The position numbers and the translations under genes are program-made. DNA of 64,000 nt from IMG/VR virus record IMGVR_UViG_3300005534_000011, positions 11,887-75,886 of that record, one strand, 5' to 3'. This document shows, in pieces, positions 51,645 to 61,972 of this stretch (positions are counted from its first letter, which is position 1; each line of letters opens with the position of its first letter). This DNA is from a virus. The notes under the pieces are model-generated. The model made no database searches. It was not told where the DNA came from and was given only the letters and a program-made list of their open reading frames with translations.

Positions 51645-52595
51645 ATGTTCAAGCGTAATCAAAAATCTGCCGCCCAACTTCAAGAACAACTGAAAGAACT
51701 GTCCGGTTCCCAGAAGTTTGAGAAAGACCCTACAGAATGGACCATGACTGTTGATAAAGCAGGTAATGGCTCGGCGGTCATTCGATTCCTGCCAGCAACT
51801 GGCGAAGGCGAGGAAGTAATTCCATTCGTCAAAATGTATTCCCACAGTTTCAAAGATCCGAAGACCAACAAGTGGTACATCGAAAACTGCCCGACTACCA
51901 TCGGTAAGCCATACGATGACTGCCCAGTGTGTTCTACCAACGGTCCTCTTTTTGAAGCTGGTAAAACCAACAAAGAAATGAAAGACCTTGCATCTTCGCG
52001 CAGCCGTAAACTGTCCTACTGGGCAAACATCGTTGTTGTCAAAGATGAAGCGAATCCCGAAGCTGTTGGTGGTACTTTCAAATTCCGTTTCGGTAAAAAA
52101 ATCTTCGAGAAAATCGAAGCTGCTTTGAACCCTGAACTGGACGAAGAAAGCCCAATTCTGGTAACTGATGTTTACGAAGGTGCGAACTTCCTTCTGAAAG
52201 CCAAGAAAGTATCCGGCTTCCAGAACTACGACGATTCGAAATTCGTTAGCCAGACTTCTGAGCTGTTCGGCGGCGATGAAGAAAAACTGAACAAAGCTTG
52301 GGCTGCAATGCATCCGCTGAAACCGATTGTTGCTGAAAAGCAATTCAAGTCGAAAGCAGACCTTGACAAGTCCTATGCCCGTGCAACAGGCGGTACTGCC
52401 GCTCGTAAAGAAACTACCGGTGAACGCGAAGTTCGTGAAGCTCGCGAAGAATCGCCGACCAAGGTTTACGAGAACCCAAAAGGTAAAGTTGTAGAAGACG
52501 AAACACTGCCGTTTGACACCGATACCAAATCGAGTGGGTCGGCTAGTGATGACATCGACGACATCCAAGGTTTCTTGGATTCTCTGGGCGAATAA
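51645..52595 (+). CDS. 32: single-stranded DNA-binding protein gp32
   Basis: MFKR, GNGSAVIRFLP, WYIENCPTTIG...CPVC, SYWANIVVVKD, acidic tail. Confidence 0.95.
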   Translation: MFKRNQKSAAQLQEQLKELSGSQKFEKDPTEWTMTVDKAGNGSAVIRFLPATGEGEEVIPFVKMYSHSFKDPKTNKWYIENCPTTIGKPYDDCPVCSTNGPLFEAGKTNKEMKDLASSRSRKLSYWANIVVVKDEANPEAVGGTFKFRFGKKIFEKIEAALNPELDEESPILVTDVYEGANFLLKAKKVSGFQNYDDSKFVSQTSELFGGDEEKLNKAWAAMHPLKPIVAEKQFKSKADLDKSYARATGGTAARKETTGEREVREAREESPTKVYENPKGKVVEDETLPFDTDTKSSGSASDDIDDIQGFLDSLGE

Positions 52596-52637
52596 TTGTG
52601 ATCAGGGGCGAAAGCCCCTATCCTTTACGGGAATATT

Positions 52638-53138
52638 ATGATTCAAATGATTTATGCAACATGCCTTAATCACTTCATAGGCATGAATGGTGGGTTACCG
52701 TGGGGTCATGTTAAATCTGATATGGCTTGGTTTCAAAAACACACCAGTGAGAAAGTTATCTTGATGGGCCGTAAGACTTGGGAATCTATTGGCCGTAAAC
52801 TCCCCAACCGAATTAATGTGGTTATCAGCAGTAAAGAAATTGAAGGCGCAGACCTTACAGTTGCTGGTGATCCTGAAGATGTACTCGCTACACTCCAATC
52901 AAAATACCCCGGCAAAGATATTGTCATCGTCGGCGGCATGCAGGTTTATGTGCAATACATGTTTTTATGCGACCGAATTTACTCAACCCTTATTCAACAA
53001 GAATATGATGGGGATGTAATGTTCAGTTGCCGACTACTTTGTCAACAAGCCTACAAACTGATTGAATCTAGCCACCTTCCTGAATCCGAGGATACTCCCG
53101 GAATTCTCTATGAAATCTATCAAAAGATTATCCAATGA
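52638..53138 (+). CDS. frd: dihydrofolate reductase
   Basis: IGMNGGLPW, MGRKTWESI, LPNRINVVIS, IVGG. Confidence 0.95.
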   Translation: MIQMIYATCLNHFIGMNGGLPWGHVKSDMAWFQKHTSEKVILMGRKTWESIGRKLPNRINVVISSKEIEGADLTVAGDPEDVLATLQSKYPGKDIVIVGGMQVYVQYMFLCDRIYSTLIQQEYDGDVMFSCRLLCQQAYKLIESSHLPESEDTPGILYEIYQKIIQ

Positions 53139-54088
53139 CCCCATATATCCAACTGTTAATTAAAATTCTCAATACCGGTGAAACGGTGGTGGATCGTACC
53201 GGTGTGGGCACTCTTGCCATTTTCGGTGAACAACTCAAATTTGATCAGACCGAAGGCTTTTCTGGTGTAACAACCAAAAAACTAGCATGGAAATCGGTTG
53301 TATCAGAACTGTTGATGTTCCTCAAAGGTTCAACCAACGTCAACGAACTGCGGGCTTTGCTATACGGTGAAGAAAACAGGTTCAATATGGCGAAGAAAAC
53401 CATTTGGGATGCCAATTACGAAGCACAGGGTAAAGCTCTTGGATATACCAATGGTGAGCTTGGGCCGGTGTATGGTGGTCAGTGGCGTAACCGTTTTGAT
53501 ATCGTGTATACAGATTCCTATGATGACTCTGGGGAAGCTTTAGAAGCTCTGGGCTACCGTAAGCTAGGCGATGACACTTATCATGGTGATACCTACTATG
53601 AGCGTCATATCGACCAAGTTAAAAGCTTGCTTGAGCGAGCTAAGACTAACCCGGAATGCCGTCGCCTGATCGTCAGTGCTTGGAACCCAGAGAAACAACA
53701 TTTGATGACCCTACCACCATGTCACTACGGTTTCCAAATCCGTATTACCGGTGATTATATTGATCTGCTCTGGACACAACGAAGTGTTGATACCTTCTTG
53801 GGTCTGCCTTTCAATATTGCGTCATATGCACTGTTACAAGCGATCTTTGCACGAATTCTAGGCAAGAAACCGCGTTACCTGACCGGTCAACTAGGTGACA
53901 CGCATATCTATAAAAACCATATTGACCAAGTTCGTGAACAGATTAGCCGGGAACCAAAAGAGCCGCCGAAGCTTTGGATTAATCCAGACCTTCAAACTCT
54001 GGAAGACTTCGAGAACGCAAAAGTTGATGACTTCTTGTTGATTGGGTATGAGCATCACCCAGCATTAACCGCACCAATGGCAGTATAA
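53135..54088 (+). CDS. td: thymidylate synthase
   Basis: DRTGVGT, LGPVYG, RRLIVSAWN, LPPCH, QRSVD.FLGLPFNIASY, PMAV. Confidence 0.96.
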   Translation: MTPYIQLLIKILNTGETVVDRTGVGTLAIFGEQLKFDQTEGFSGVTTKKLAWKSVVSELLMFLKGSTNVNELRALLYGEENRFNMAKKTIWDANYEAQGKALGYTNGELGPVYGGQWRNRFDIVYTDSYDDSGEALEALGYRKLGDDTYHGDTYYERHIDQVKSLLERAKTNPECRRLIVSAWNPEKQHLMTLPPCHYGFQIRITGDYIDLLWTQRSVDTFLGLPFNIASYALLQAIFARILGKKPRYLTGQLGDTHIYKNHIDQVREQISREPKEPPKLWINPDLQTLEDFENAKVDDFLLIGYEHHPALTAPMAV

Positions 54089-54101
54089 GGACAATCACTG
54101 C

Positions 54102-54109
54102 TATAAATA
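54102..54109 (+). promoter_or_regulatory. T4-type late promoter TATAAATA
   Basis: Exact consensus upstream of nrdA. Confidence 0.65.
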
Positions 54110-54167
54110 GAAAACCAGTTTTTGGAACCCCGATTGGCGGGGTTCCTGTTTTAAGATAAGAATATCA

Positions 54168-56357
54168 ATGTCCAAAGTAATTCACGTTGTAAAGAGAAGC
54201 GGTAAAAGAGAACCGTATGACGTGGTAAAGATCAAAGAAGCAATCGAACTAGCATGTGACGAATTGGAAGTAAATCCACTAGTCCTTGAGTCCAAGTTCG
54301 ATGAATTCATTTTTGATGGTATTACCACCAAGCAGATTAACCAAAACCTTATTCACCATGCAATCATCCTCGCTACCCCAGAAGAACCCGAATGGGCTTT
54401 AGTTGCCGGTAGACTGAAAACGATGGGGCGTTGGGCAGATACAAAGAACTACGACTTAGATTTTGACGAATACATGGATGAAATGCTGCAATTAGGGGAA
54501 TATTCACATCCCGGCTTGTATGCATTCTCTCAGCCTGAGTTGGAAATTTTGGATTCCCACTTAGTACCCGAACGTGATATGAACCATAGTTATGCATCGG
54601 TATCGACTGCCGAAGGTAAGTATCTCCAGAAGAATGAATTGATTCAGCATATGTTTATGGCTAACTCTATGATCATTGGGTCAATCGAATCTCCTGAAAC
54701 TAAGTTAGAATTTACCAAGACTGTTTACGAATCATTATCAAACAGGAAGATTTCTCAAGCAACACCGTGGCTTAGTAACTTGCGTCAAAATGGTAATATC
54801 AGTTCCTGTTTCATTCTGGAAATGAATGACAACTTAGATTCGATCATGGACAACGTTAAACGCTGTGCAACGATATCTAAGCTTGGTGGTGGTATGGGCG
54901 TATTCATGGGTAGAGTTCGTGCCCTAGGAAGCGACCTGATGGGTTCTGATGGCAAAGCCGGTGGTGTATTCGGCTGGATCAAGTTCCTTAATACCGTAGC
55001 AGTAACTGTTAACCAAGCCGGAAAACGTGCTGGTGCAATTACTGTAGCTCTACCGATGTGGCACGCGGATATTTCCGGGTTCCTTGACCTTCAAACAGAA
55101 GCCGGTGACCCTCGCCAGAAATGTTACGACATCAAACCACAAGTTTGTGTCAATGATATTTTCATGCGATTGAAAAACAACCCTGACCAAGATTGGCATA
55201 CGTTCTGCCCACACGAAGTTGAAGATAAACTAGGGATCAAACTCTATAACATCTGGGGTGATGAATTCGAATCTGCCTACGCTAAATGTGTGGAAGCTTA
55301 TCAGAACGGTTTACTGAAAGTTGTTCGGGTGTATAACGCCAAAGAACTATGGATTAAGTTTTTACAAGTTGTAGTTGAGACTGGAATGCCGTATGTATTC
55401 TGGACCGATACCGTAAACCGTATGAACCCAAACAAACACTGCGGCATGATTAAGTGTGCAAACCTTTGTGTTGAATCCTATTCAAATATTGAAGCGGATG
55501 TAGAAGGCCATACCTGTAACCTTGCAAGTATTGTTGTTGGGCGGATGGATTCTCTGGATGAATTGGTGGTGCAAGCCAGAATCGCTACCCGAATCCTTGA
55601 TAATGGTATCGAGCTAACCAGACCTCCGGTTGAGATTAGTAAGGTCCACAATCAGAAATACAGAACCATTGGTGTTGGTATCCAAGGTCTGCATGATATT
55701 TTCGCCAAGTTCAACAAACCATATACAGATGAAAAGTTTGCAATGCAAGTTGCAGAGTTGATCGAATATGGCTGTGTATTGGAAAGTATTGAGCTAGCTA
55801 AAGAACGTGGTGCATATCCAGCCTTCAAAGGTTCGATGTGGGATACCGGCGAAATGACACGCCATTTTACGAAATACAGTCAACTACCACCGGGTACTTG
55901 GGATGCGGTACAAGTTCAAATTGACCTACACGGTATCCGCAACAGTCAATTGACATCCCCGGCTCCTAATACAAGTTCTTCGATGTTCATGGATGCGGCT
56001 GCTGGTCCAATGCCTGTTTACGCTGGGTTCTTCTATGAAGACAACAAAGACGGTAAAGCGCCTGTATATGCAATGCATATCAAAGAAAACCCGCTGAACT
56101 ATTCGCGTGGTATCGGAACGTATTACCCTGCCGAATTGACCAAGACGATTCGTGGTCTGCAACGCTTTGTTGATACTGGTATCTCGGCTGAATTTGTAAT
56201 CAACATGAACCTACCGGGTGTTGATGCTAAATGGGTATGGGATGTGTACGAAGAATCATGGGTAAACGAGAATAAATGCGTTTACTACGTGCGTACCATC
56301 AAAGAAGGTGAGTCCGTTTCGGGCAAAGAAGAAGTCTGCGCAGCCTGTTCGGGTTGA
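54168..56357 (+). CDS. nrdA: class I ribonucleotide reductase alpha subunit with ATP cone
   Basis: VVKRSG ATP cone, SSCF, ANLCVE, CNLAS, PAPNTSSS, YYVR, C-terminal CAACSG. Confidence 0.93.
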   Translation: MSKVIHVVKRSGKREPYDVVKIKEAIELACDELEVNPLVLESKFDEFIFDGITTKQINQNLIHHAIILATPEEPEWALVAGRLKTMGRWADTKNYDLDFDEYMDEMLQLGEYSHPGLYAFSQPELEILDSHLVPERDMNHSYASVSTAEGKYLQKNELIQHMFMANSMIIGSIESPETKLEFTKTVYESLSNRKISQATPWLSNLRQNGNISSCFILEMNDNLDSIMDNVKRCATISKLGGGMGVFMGRVRALGSDLMGSDGKAGGVFGWIKFLNTVAVTVNQAGKRAGAITVALPMWHADISGFLDLQTEAGDPRQKCYDIKPQVCVNDIFMRLKNNPDQDWHTFCPHEVEDKLGIKLYNIWGDEFESAYAKCVEAYQNGLLKVVRVYNAKELWIKFLQVVVETGMPYVFWTDTVNRMNPNKHCGMIKCANLCVESYSNIEADVEGHTCNLASIVVGRMDSLDELVVQARIATRILDNGIELTRPPVEISKVHNQKYRTIGVGIQGLHDIFAKFNKPYTDEKFAMQVAELIEYGCVLESIELAKERGAYPAFKGSMWDTGEMTRHFTKYSQLPPGTWDAVQVQIDLHGIRNSQLTSPAPNTSSSMFMDAAAGPMPVYAGFFYEDNKDGKAPVYAMHIKENPLNYSRGIGTYYPAELTKTIRGLQRFVDTGISAEFVINMNLPGVDAKWVWDVYEESWVNENKCVYYVRTIKEGESVSGKEEVCAACSG

Positions 56358-56401
56358 TTAATTTACAAAGGGGATCGAAAGATCCCCTACATGAGTGTGT
56401 T

Positions 56402-57442
56402 ATGACTGAAAGAATGATTAAACCCCTTTTGTTCAACATTAACGGTAATGATACTGTATCTGAACAAAAGCTACTTGGCGGTAACCCAACTGGTATTGCC
56501 AACCTAAATCAAATCAAATACAAGTGGTCGATGCCGTTGTATCGTACCATGATGGGCAACTTCTGGATTCCTCAGAAGGTTAGTTTAGCCGAAGACAAAA
56601 TTTCGATCCTAACCTTGACCAAAGATGAAGATAATGCAGTAAAAGATACACTCAGTTTCTTGATCTTTTTGGATTCATATCAGACAAACAACCTTCCTAA
56701 CATTGCAGAATACATTACTGCACAGTCCGTGAAGAATTTGTTTGGGATTCAGCAGTTCCAAGAAATTGTTCATACCGAAAGTTACCAATATATTTTGGAA
56801 TCTCTGTATGAAAACATGACCCGCGACAAGATTTATAATCGCTGGCGTGAAAACCCAATGATGCTGAAACGTAACAAGTTCATTGCAGATATGGGACAAG
56901 AGTTTATCGATAACGGAACCAAACAAGGTTTCAACAAGGTCATGATTTCGAACTTCATTCTGGAAGGGGTGTATTTCTATCAAGGCTTCCAGTTCTTCGA
57001 CCAATTGGCGCACCGTCAAAAGCTGGTGAAGACTGACAAAATCATTGATTACATTCGTCGTGATGAATTAACCCACGTTGGTTTGAACGTGAATATGATC
57101 AAAGAAACGATGACCGGTACAAAAGCTGGCATCAAGAAACATACCGGGATGATTCACGATATGTTCGGGCGTGCCGGTGAAGAAGAAATTGAATGGTGTC
57201 ATGAAACTTATGGTGATCGCATTCTTGGTATCTCTAAAAAGAGTTCAACTGAGTTCATTCAAGACCTCATTAACGACCGACTGATCCGTATTGGTATCGA
57301 ACCACTGTATCAAGGCGTATCGAACCCATACAAGCATTTGGAACAGTCTGCGGTTGAGGGTTCTACCCGTGAGAACTTCTTTGAAACAACCACCACATCT
57401 TATAACCAAGCAGCTTCACTGCCCGGTTGGGATAAACTTTAA
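56402..57442 (+). CDS. nrdB: ribonucleotide reductase beta subunit
   Basis: FWIP, EIVHTESY, EGVYFY, IRRDELTH, NFFE; start reassigned to MTERM. Confidence 0.92.
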   Translation: MTERMIKPLLFNINGNDTVSEQKLLGGNPTGIANLNQIKYKWSMPLYRTMMGNFWIPQKVSLAEDKISILTLTKDEDNAVKDTLSFLIFLDSYQTNNLPNIAEYITAQSVKNLFGIQQFQEIVHTESYQYILESLYENMTRDKIYNRWRENPMMLKRNKFIADMGQEFIDNGTKQGFNKVMISNFILEGVYFYQGFQFFDQLAHRQKLVKTDKIIDYIRRDELTHVGLNVNMIKETMTGTKAGIKKHTGMIHDMFGRAGEEEIEWCHETYGDRILGISKKSSTEFIQDLINDRLIRIGIEPLYQGVSNPYKHLEQSAVEGSTRENFFETTTTSYNQAASLPGWDKL

Positions 57443-57478
57443 TCGAAATAGGGGCGAAAGCCCCTTTGTGAGAATTTA

Positions 57479-57883
57479 ATGAAAGTATTTCTTGGCGGGA
57501 CTTGTAACGGTTCCCAATGGCGTGAAACCCTTATCCCAATGCTCAAATGTGAGTATTACAACCCGGTAGTTCCTAACTGGACACCTGAATGTATGGATGA
57601 GGAATTGAAACAACGGGCAATGTCGGATTACAATCTATATGTGATCACACCAAAGATGACTGGAGTGTTCTCGATTGCCGAAGTAATTGATGATTCAAAC
57701 AAACGGCCACACAAAACTATCTTGACCATTTTGGAAGCTGATGGTGGGGAAGTGTTTACACCTCATCAATTCAAATCGATGAGCCAAGTTGCTAGAATGG
57801 CATCTGAAAATGGTGTGCCGGTATTCAATACCCTTGGACGCACAGCAGAATATATAAATTATCAAAGTGAGCATCATGTATGA
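57479..57883 (+). CDS. nucleoside 2-deoxyribosyltransferase-like protein
   Basis: KVFLGGTC...WR...YYNPVV..W...FSIAE. Confidence 0.7.
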   Translation: MKVFLGGTCNGSQWRETLIPMLKCEYYNPVVPNWTPECMDEELKQRAMSDYNLYVITPKMTGVFSIAEVIDDSNKRPHKTILTILEADGGEVFTPHQFKSMSQVARMASENGVPVFNTLGRTAEYINYQSEHHV

Positions 57884-58278
57884 TTGGAATAGGAATTGGA
57901 TCAGAAGTAAAAATTGCAGCAGTCCTTCTCATGTTAGGGGCTTTGGCATTTTGTGGAAACAAGCTGTATCACGCTGGTTATGATGATGCGGTTGCGGTTA
58001 CCACCAAAGCAAATCTCAAGGCAACGAATGATGCGATTGATGCTGCTAAAAAGGAATGGCAATCCAGCCAAGACATCACAAAACAAGGTATACAGAATAA
58101 TGAATCTAAACAGACCAAAATTGTATACATCACACAAAAAGCTAAAAGCATTGTTGCACCTAAGTGCCCTGATGTTGGCAGTGACTTTGGTGGGGTGTAC
58201 AACCAGTACATCGATACAATACAAGGCGACACCAATCCAAGTGGACGAGTCCCTGCTACAAAAGTGCCCGGTCAATGA
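57880..58278 (+). CDS. i-spanin (Rz-like)
   Basis: N-terminal TM then coiled coil; overlaps a lipoprotein gene; T4 pseT.3-like position. Confidence 0.65.
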   Translation: MIGIGIGSEVKIAAVLLMLGALAFCGNKLYHAGYDDAVAVTTKANLKATNDAIDAAKKEWQSSQDITKQGIQNNESKQTKIVYITQKAKSIVAPKCPDVGSDFGGVYNQYIDTIQGDTNPSGRVPATKVPGQ

Positions 58279-58459
58279 ATTGGAACGGATGCCCGTTTCA
58301 ACCCCAACCCAACCTTTGAGCCCAGCGACCGTGGCCGAAATCGATGGATACAATTTCAGTATCCTTTCACATTGTGTGGGTAATCAGTCAACCCTAATTG
58401 ATGTAATTGATTCTGCGAATCGTGACAGAAATTTGGGATTGAGTTTAGAAACCAAGTAA
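58100..58459 (+). CDS. o-spanin (Rz1-like lipoprotein)
   Basis: LVGC lipobox, ESLLQKCP; overlaps the i-spanin in another frame. Confidence 0.65.
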   Translation: MNLNRPKLYTSHKKLKALLHLSALMLAVTLVGCTTSTSIQYKATPIQVDESLLQKCPVNELERMPVSTPTQPLSPATVAEIDGYNFSILSHCVGNQSTLIDVIDSANRDRNLGLSLETK

Positions 58460-58584
58460 ATTGTGGTATGATTGCTTCATGAAAAACATAATCCTGAGAT
58501 TCGCCGCGAAACACAGCTCCAAAATTCAGTTTTTGAACTACCTAGCGATGCCTATCTTTGTGGGCGGCGTGCTTCTGGTATCGT

Positions 58585-59019
58585 ATGTTCATTGAGAAAT
58601 GGGATGACCGATACCTAAAGCTTGCTTTACACATCGCGTCATGGAGCAAAGACCCTTCTACACAAGTTGGGTGCGTCATAATTGATGAAAAGGGTAGACC
58701 GGTGTCCTTCGGGTTCAACGGGTTTGCCCGTGGTTGTGATGACTCCCCAGAGCGTTACGCCAATCGTGATCTAAAGCTTTCCCTCACTGTCCATGCCGAG
58801 ATTAACGCGGTTCTGGCGGCGGGTAGGCACCTTGATAACTGTACGGTGTACATCACCCATACCCCCTGTGTACCGTGCCTTGTGAAATTGAAGCAATCCT
58901 TTGTATCAAAAATCGTCTGTTATGACGGTGGTGAGGAATTCGCCAAGCGTTGGGATCAATCTGAATCCATCAAAATGGCCGAAGAACTCGGTATAAAGCT
59001 TATTATCATCAAATCGTGA
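58585..59019 (+). CDS. cd: dCMP deaminase
   Basis: SKDPSTQVG, GFNG, HAEINA, PCVPC. Confidence 0.92.
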   Translation: MFIEKWDDRYLKLALHIASWSKDPSTQVGCVIIDEKGRPVSFGFNGFARGCDDSPERYANRDLKLSLTVHAEINAVLAAGRHLDNCTVYITHTPCVPCLVKLKQSFVSKIVCYDGGEEFAKRWDQSESIKMAEELGIKLIIIKS

Positions 59020-59029
59020 GTAAAATAGA

Positions 59030-59332
59030 ATGACCAAAACCTACAACACCAATCCAGACCAGAAATTCAGCCGTGAATTCCTTGTGGAACGCCTGTCTAC
59101 CGGTGCGGCCTACGTGCGGTTCACCAAAGTAACCAACGGTGAAGACCGCGTTATGCACTGTACCCGTGACCCAGCCGTGGTTGAACTGATTCTCGGTAAG
59201 CAGGATGAAACCCTGAAGACCGAATCTACTCGCAAAATGACGGAAGCGTCCCTGCGTGTGTTCGATCTGGAAAAACGCGAATGGCGGACCTTCAACATTT
59301 CCACTGTCTACCACGTAGGCGATAAGGCATGA
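59030..59332 (+). CDS. SH3/Sm-like beta-barrel protein (WYL_2-like)
   Basis: VRFTK..GEDRVMHCTRD...VFDLEKREWRTF. Confidence 0.7.
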   Translation: MTKTYNTNPDQKFSREFLVERLSTGAAYVRFTKVTNGEDRVMHCTRDPAVVELILGKQDETLKTESTRKMTEASLRVFDLEKREWRTFNISTVYHVGDKA

Positions 59333-59513
59333 GTGAAAGGCTTCCGATAGTCTTCACCCAAGAACAAATTGATCAAATGGCAAACAAGCCATTTGATGTT
59401 TATGACCATCAGCTTCGGGCTCGTATGGATGAATTTCAGTCTGTAATTGATGGAATTGCTGAACGTGACGCCGCCCGACAGGCTGCAATTGACAAATATA
59501 ATCTGAGAACTGT

Positions 59514-59828
59514 ATGACCAAGCTAGCCAACCTGACAAGCGTAACCCTGACCAACAAAACAGTCCTTTTGGATGTATCCCATGTGAAAGCCCAAGGTGAC
59601 GAAATCACCCAAGGTGGCATCATGATCGGTCGGGTTCTGCAATCTGAAGTCCCAACCTATGGCTATGTAGTAGGCTTCGACCCGGCGATTGAGTCCCTGC
59701 AAATCGGCGATCTGGTCCCGATTGCTCAAGCTGGCAGCCTCCGAACCTTCGATTGGCCGGATAAATCAAAGGATCAAAAGGTTGTGGCAATGCGTTTCGA
59801 GTATGTGGATGGCGTCATCAAGCTGTAA
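59514..59828 (+). CDS. 31: GroES-like co-chaperonin gp31
   Basis: EITQGGIMI, G.VVG, LQIGDLV. Confidence 0.75.
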   Translation: MTKLANLTSVTLTNKTVLLDVSHVKAQGDEITQGGIMIGRVLQSEVPTYGYVVGFDPAIESLQIGDLVPIAQAGSLRTFDWPDKSKDQKVVAMRFEYVDGVIKL

Positions 59829-60018
59829 TCGAAATAAATTTAGAAATTCTGTTTAGAATGACCCAAAACTGGGGTATAGTGACCTCACTTCCCCAGTGAA
59901 GACAACGAAAAACGAATTGAAACAAAAAGATTTGAAAAAGTGTTTGAAACTGATTCGAATCGTGATAGAATGATCCCATCAGCACAAAGCTGACCTCAAA
60001 CAAATAGGAATTGAAAGA

Positions 60019-60558
60019 ATGGCAAAGCTCAAGGGTACTCACGCAAGCAAGAAATCCCAAGCAACCGCTTACAAGATGCTGTGTAAGGCTGGCAAGAACA
60101 AAGCTGCAAAGCTGGCTCGCCACCTGAAGAAGCATCCCGGCGATGCACAGGGTCAAGCTGCGGTCAAAGGTGCCCGTGACTACAAAGGTCGTACCCAACC
60201 GAAACGCAATGGTGCCCGGCTGAACCCGTTCATCAGCGAAATCGATAAAATCGCTCTGGCGGAAATCATGATCCGCGAGAAGCAAGCGGGTCGGGATGAA
60301 CTGAACTTCCAGTCCCGTTCGTTGAACCTGTTGAACGGTCGTATCTCGGCGTTCGGCCATCGTGTTGCACAGCATCTGAAATTCAGCCGTGCTGTTCGCA
60401 ACGAAGCGATGTACGACAAGAAAGCGAAGGCTTTCCCAAAACCGATGATGACCAAAGCTGATCGCGAAGCGGCGAAAGCCCGAGCACTCGGCAAGCAGTC
60501 CACCGAATCGGCGGCGAAACAGAAAAAAGCGAAGATTGCCCAGCGCAAAACTGCGTAA
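60019..60558 (+). CDS. highly basic protein
   Basis: Lys/Arg/Ala-rich; upstream promoters and downstream terminator. Confidence 0.75.
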   Translation: MAKLKGTHASKKSQATAYKMLCKAGKNKAAKLARHLKKHPGDAQGQAAVKGARDYKGRTQPKRNGARLNPFISEIDKIALAEIMIREKQAGRDELNFQSRSLNLLNGRISAFGHRVAQHLKFSRAVRNEAMYDKKAKAFPKPMMTKADREAAKARALGKQSTESAAKQKKAKIAQRKTA

Positions 60559-60610
60559 TTGATCTTAAAGGGGGCCGAAAGGCTCCTTTTTTGTAACTAA
60601 GGATTGTGTA

Positions 60611-61039
60611 ATGAGTAAGAATGGTTTTACAGACCCTAAAATGGTCATTGTCGCCCGGTTGGATATTCAAATGCCGCCCGGTAAACTGGCAGCACAAGTA
60701 GCCCATGCGGCGGTCAAGGTAATTGTGGATTATGGTCGATGGATTCAAACCAATGAAAGCCAATTGCCGAAATTTGAGTTGTTCCCAACCGAATCCATGC
60801 ACCATTGGATGACAGTTTCGTTTCCAAAAGCTGTATTGGAAGTCAAAGACGAAATGGAAATGGAAATTCTGTACGCGGAAGCTCAACGAGCTGGTTTGCC
60901 ATGCAGCAAGATTATCGATTCTGGTCGAACTGTATACAACGGTGAACATAATCTGACGTGCATCGCAATTGGTCCCGCCGAACGATCTGAAATTGATAAA
61001 ATCACCGGCCATTTGCCGCTGTACAAAGGTATTTTTTGA
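60611..61039 (+). CDS. pth2: peptidyl-tRNA hydrolase Pth2
   Basis: KMVIVARLDIQMPPGKLAAQVAHAA, KAVL, DSGRT, TCIAIGP, IDKITGHLPL. Confidence 0.9.
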   Translation: MSKNGFTDPKMVIVARLDIQMPPGKLAAQVAHAAVKVIVDYGRWIQTNESQLPKFELFPTESMHHWMTVSFPKAVLEVKDEMEMEILYAEAQRAGLPCSKIIDSGRTVYNGEHNLTCIAIGPAERSEIDKITGHLPLYKGIF

Positions 61040-61510
61040 TGGAATCCACAGAAGTAAACGAAATCCGTATCACAGTGTCCGGTAATCCACAGGTTGGTAA
61101 AACTGCGGTAATTGAATCCATCGCACATATTCTGGCTAGCCTTGGCTTGATTGTTGTGTTTGACCCAGAGTCATACAACATGCGCGAACAGAACAACCAA
61201 ATGCTTGACCCATCTGATGCACAAGATCGTCTTGCGGCGATTGTATCAAAGGGTAATCTGTTGGTTGTCATGAAAGAAACCGGCGTATGTTCCAAATAAG
61301 GCTTGGGCTCCCAACACCTATTCGAGAGAAATTGAATGAGATACAAGGCAAAACCTTGTATTTCTCAAATCGTACCCTTTCTTACCAAGATTTTGAGGGT
61401 AATGATTATGGGAGGCATGAGATTGATTACCTGAAATCGAAGGGTATCGTCATGCAAACCATCAATTTCGGTCGAATGGTCTATGAATATACCGTGTCTC
61501 CATATTATTC

Positions 61511-61972
61511 ATGAAGAAAGGATACTGGAAACCGCATGAGGATGGCATAACCCATATCAATGTCTACAGTAAAGGTGCAACAGAATTAGGTCGATGGTTA
61601 ACCAATTTTGCGTTTAGCCCCTTCACACACCCGGTACATGGATCGTTTGATTCACTGGAAGGATATTGGTATTGGTTATCATCTGGAATGCAATACGATA
61701 AACTGCGAAAATTACATGGGTATCAAGCAAAATCCCAAGGGAAAATCTACCCTAAGATTGAAAACCATAACTTCATCCCTCAGTTTAAATCTGGTATCCG
61801 TGCAAAGCTGATAGCAAACCCAGATAGATTACGTCAAATAATCGACAACCAACTCCCTCTGGCACACTATTATGTGTATGGCGATTCGGCCAAACATGCT
61901 GGGTATGAGTGGATAACCGATTATTACACCGAAATTCGCCAAGCCTGTATCAACAGGAAGTTCAGACCATAA
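61511..61972 (+). CDS. NADAR-like protein (T4 30.3-like)
   Basis: INVYSKG..LGRWLTNFAFSPF...FDSLEGYW...LRKLHG..AK..G. Confidence 0.5.
   Translation: MKKGYWKPHEDGITHINVYSKGATELGRWLTNFAFSPFTHPVHGSFDSLEGYWYWLSSGMQYDKLRKLHGYQAKSQGKIYPKIENHNFIPQFKSGIRAKLIANPDRLRQIIDNQLPLAHYYVYGDSAKHAGYEWITDYYTEIRQACINRKFRP

Noticed and set aside
53135-57442. Group I introns or inteins in td, nrdA, nrdB
   Set aside because: All three ORFs are continuous and of normal length; td has only a short in-frame insertion
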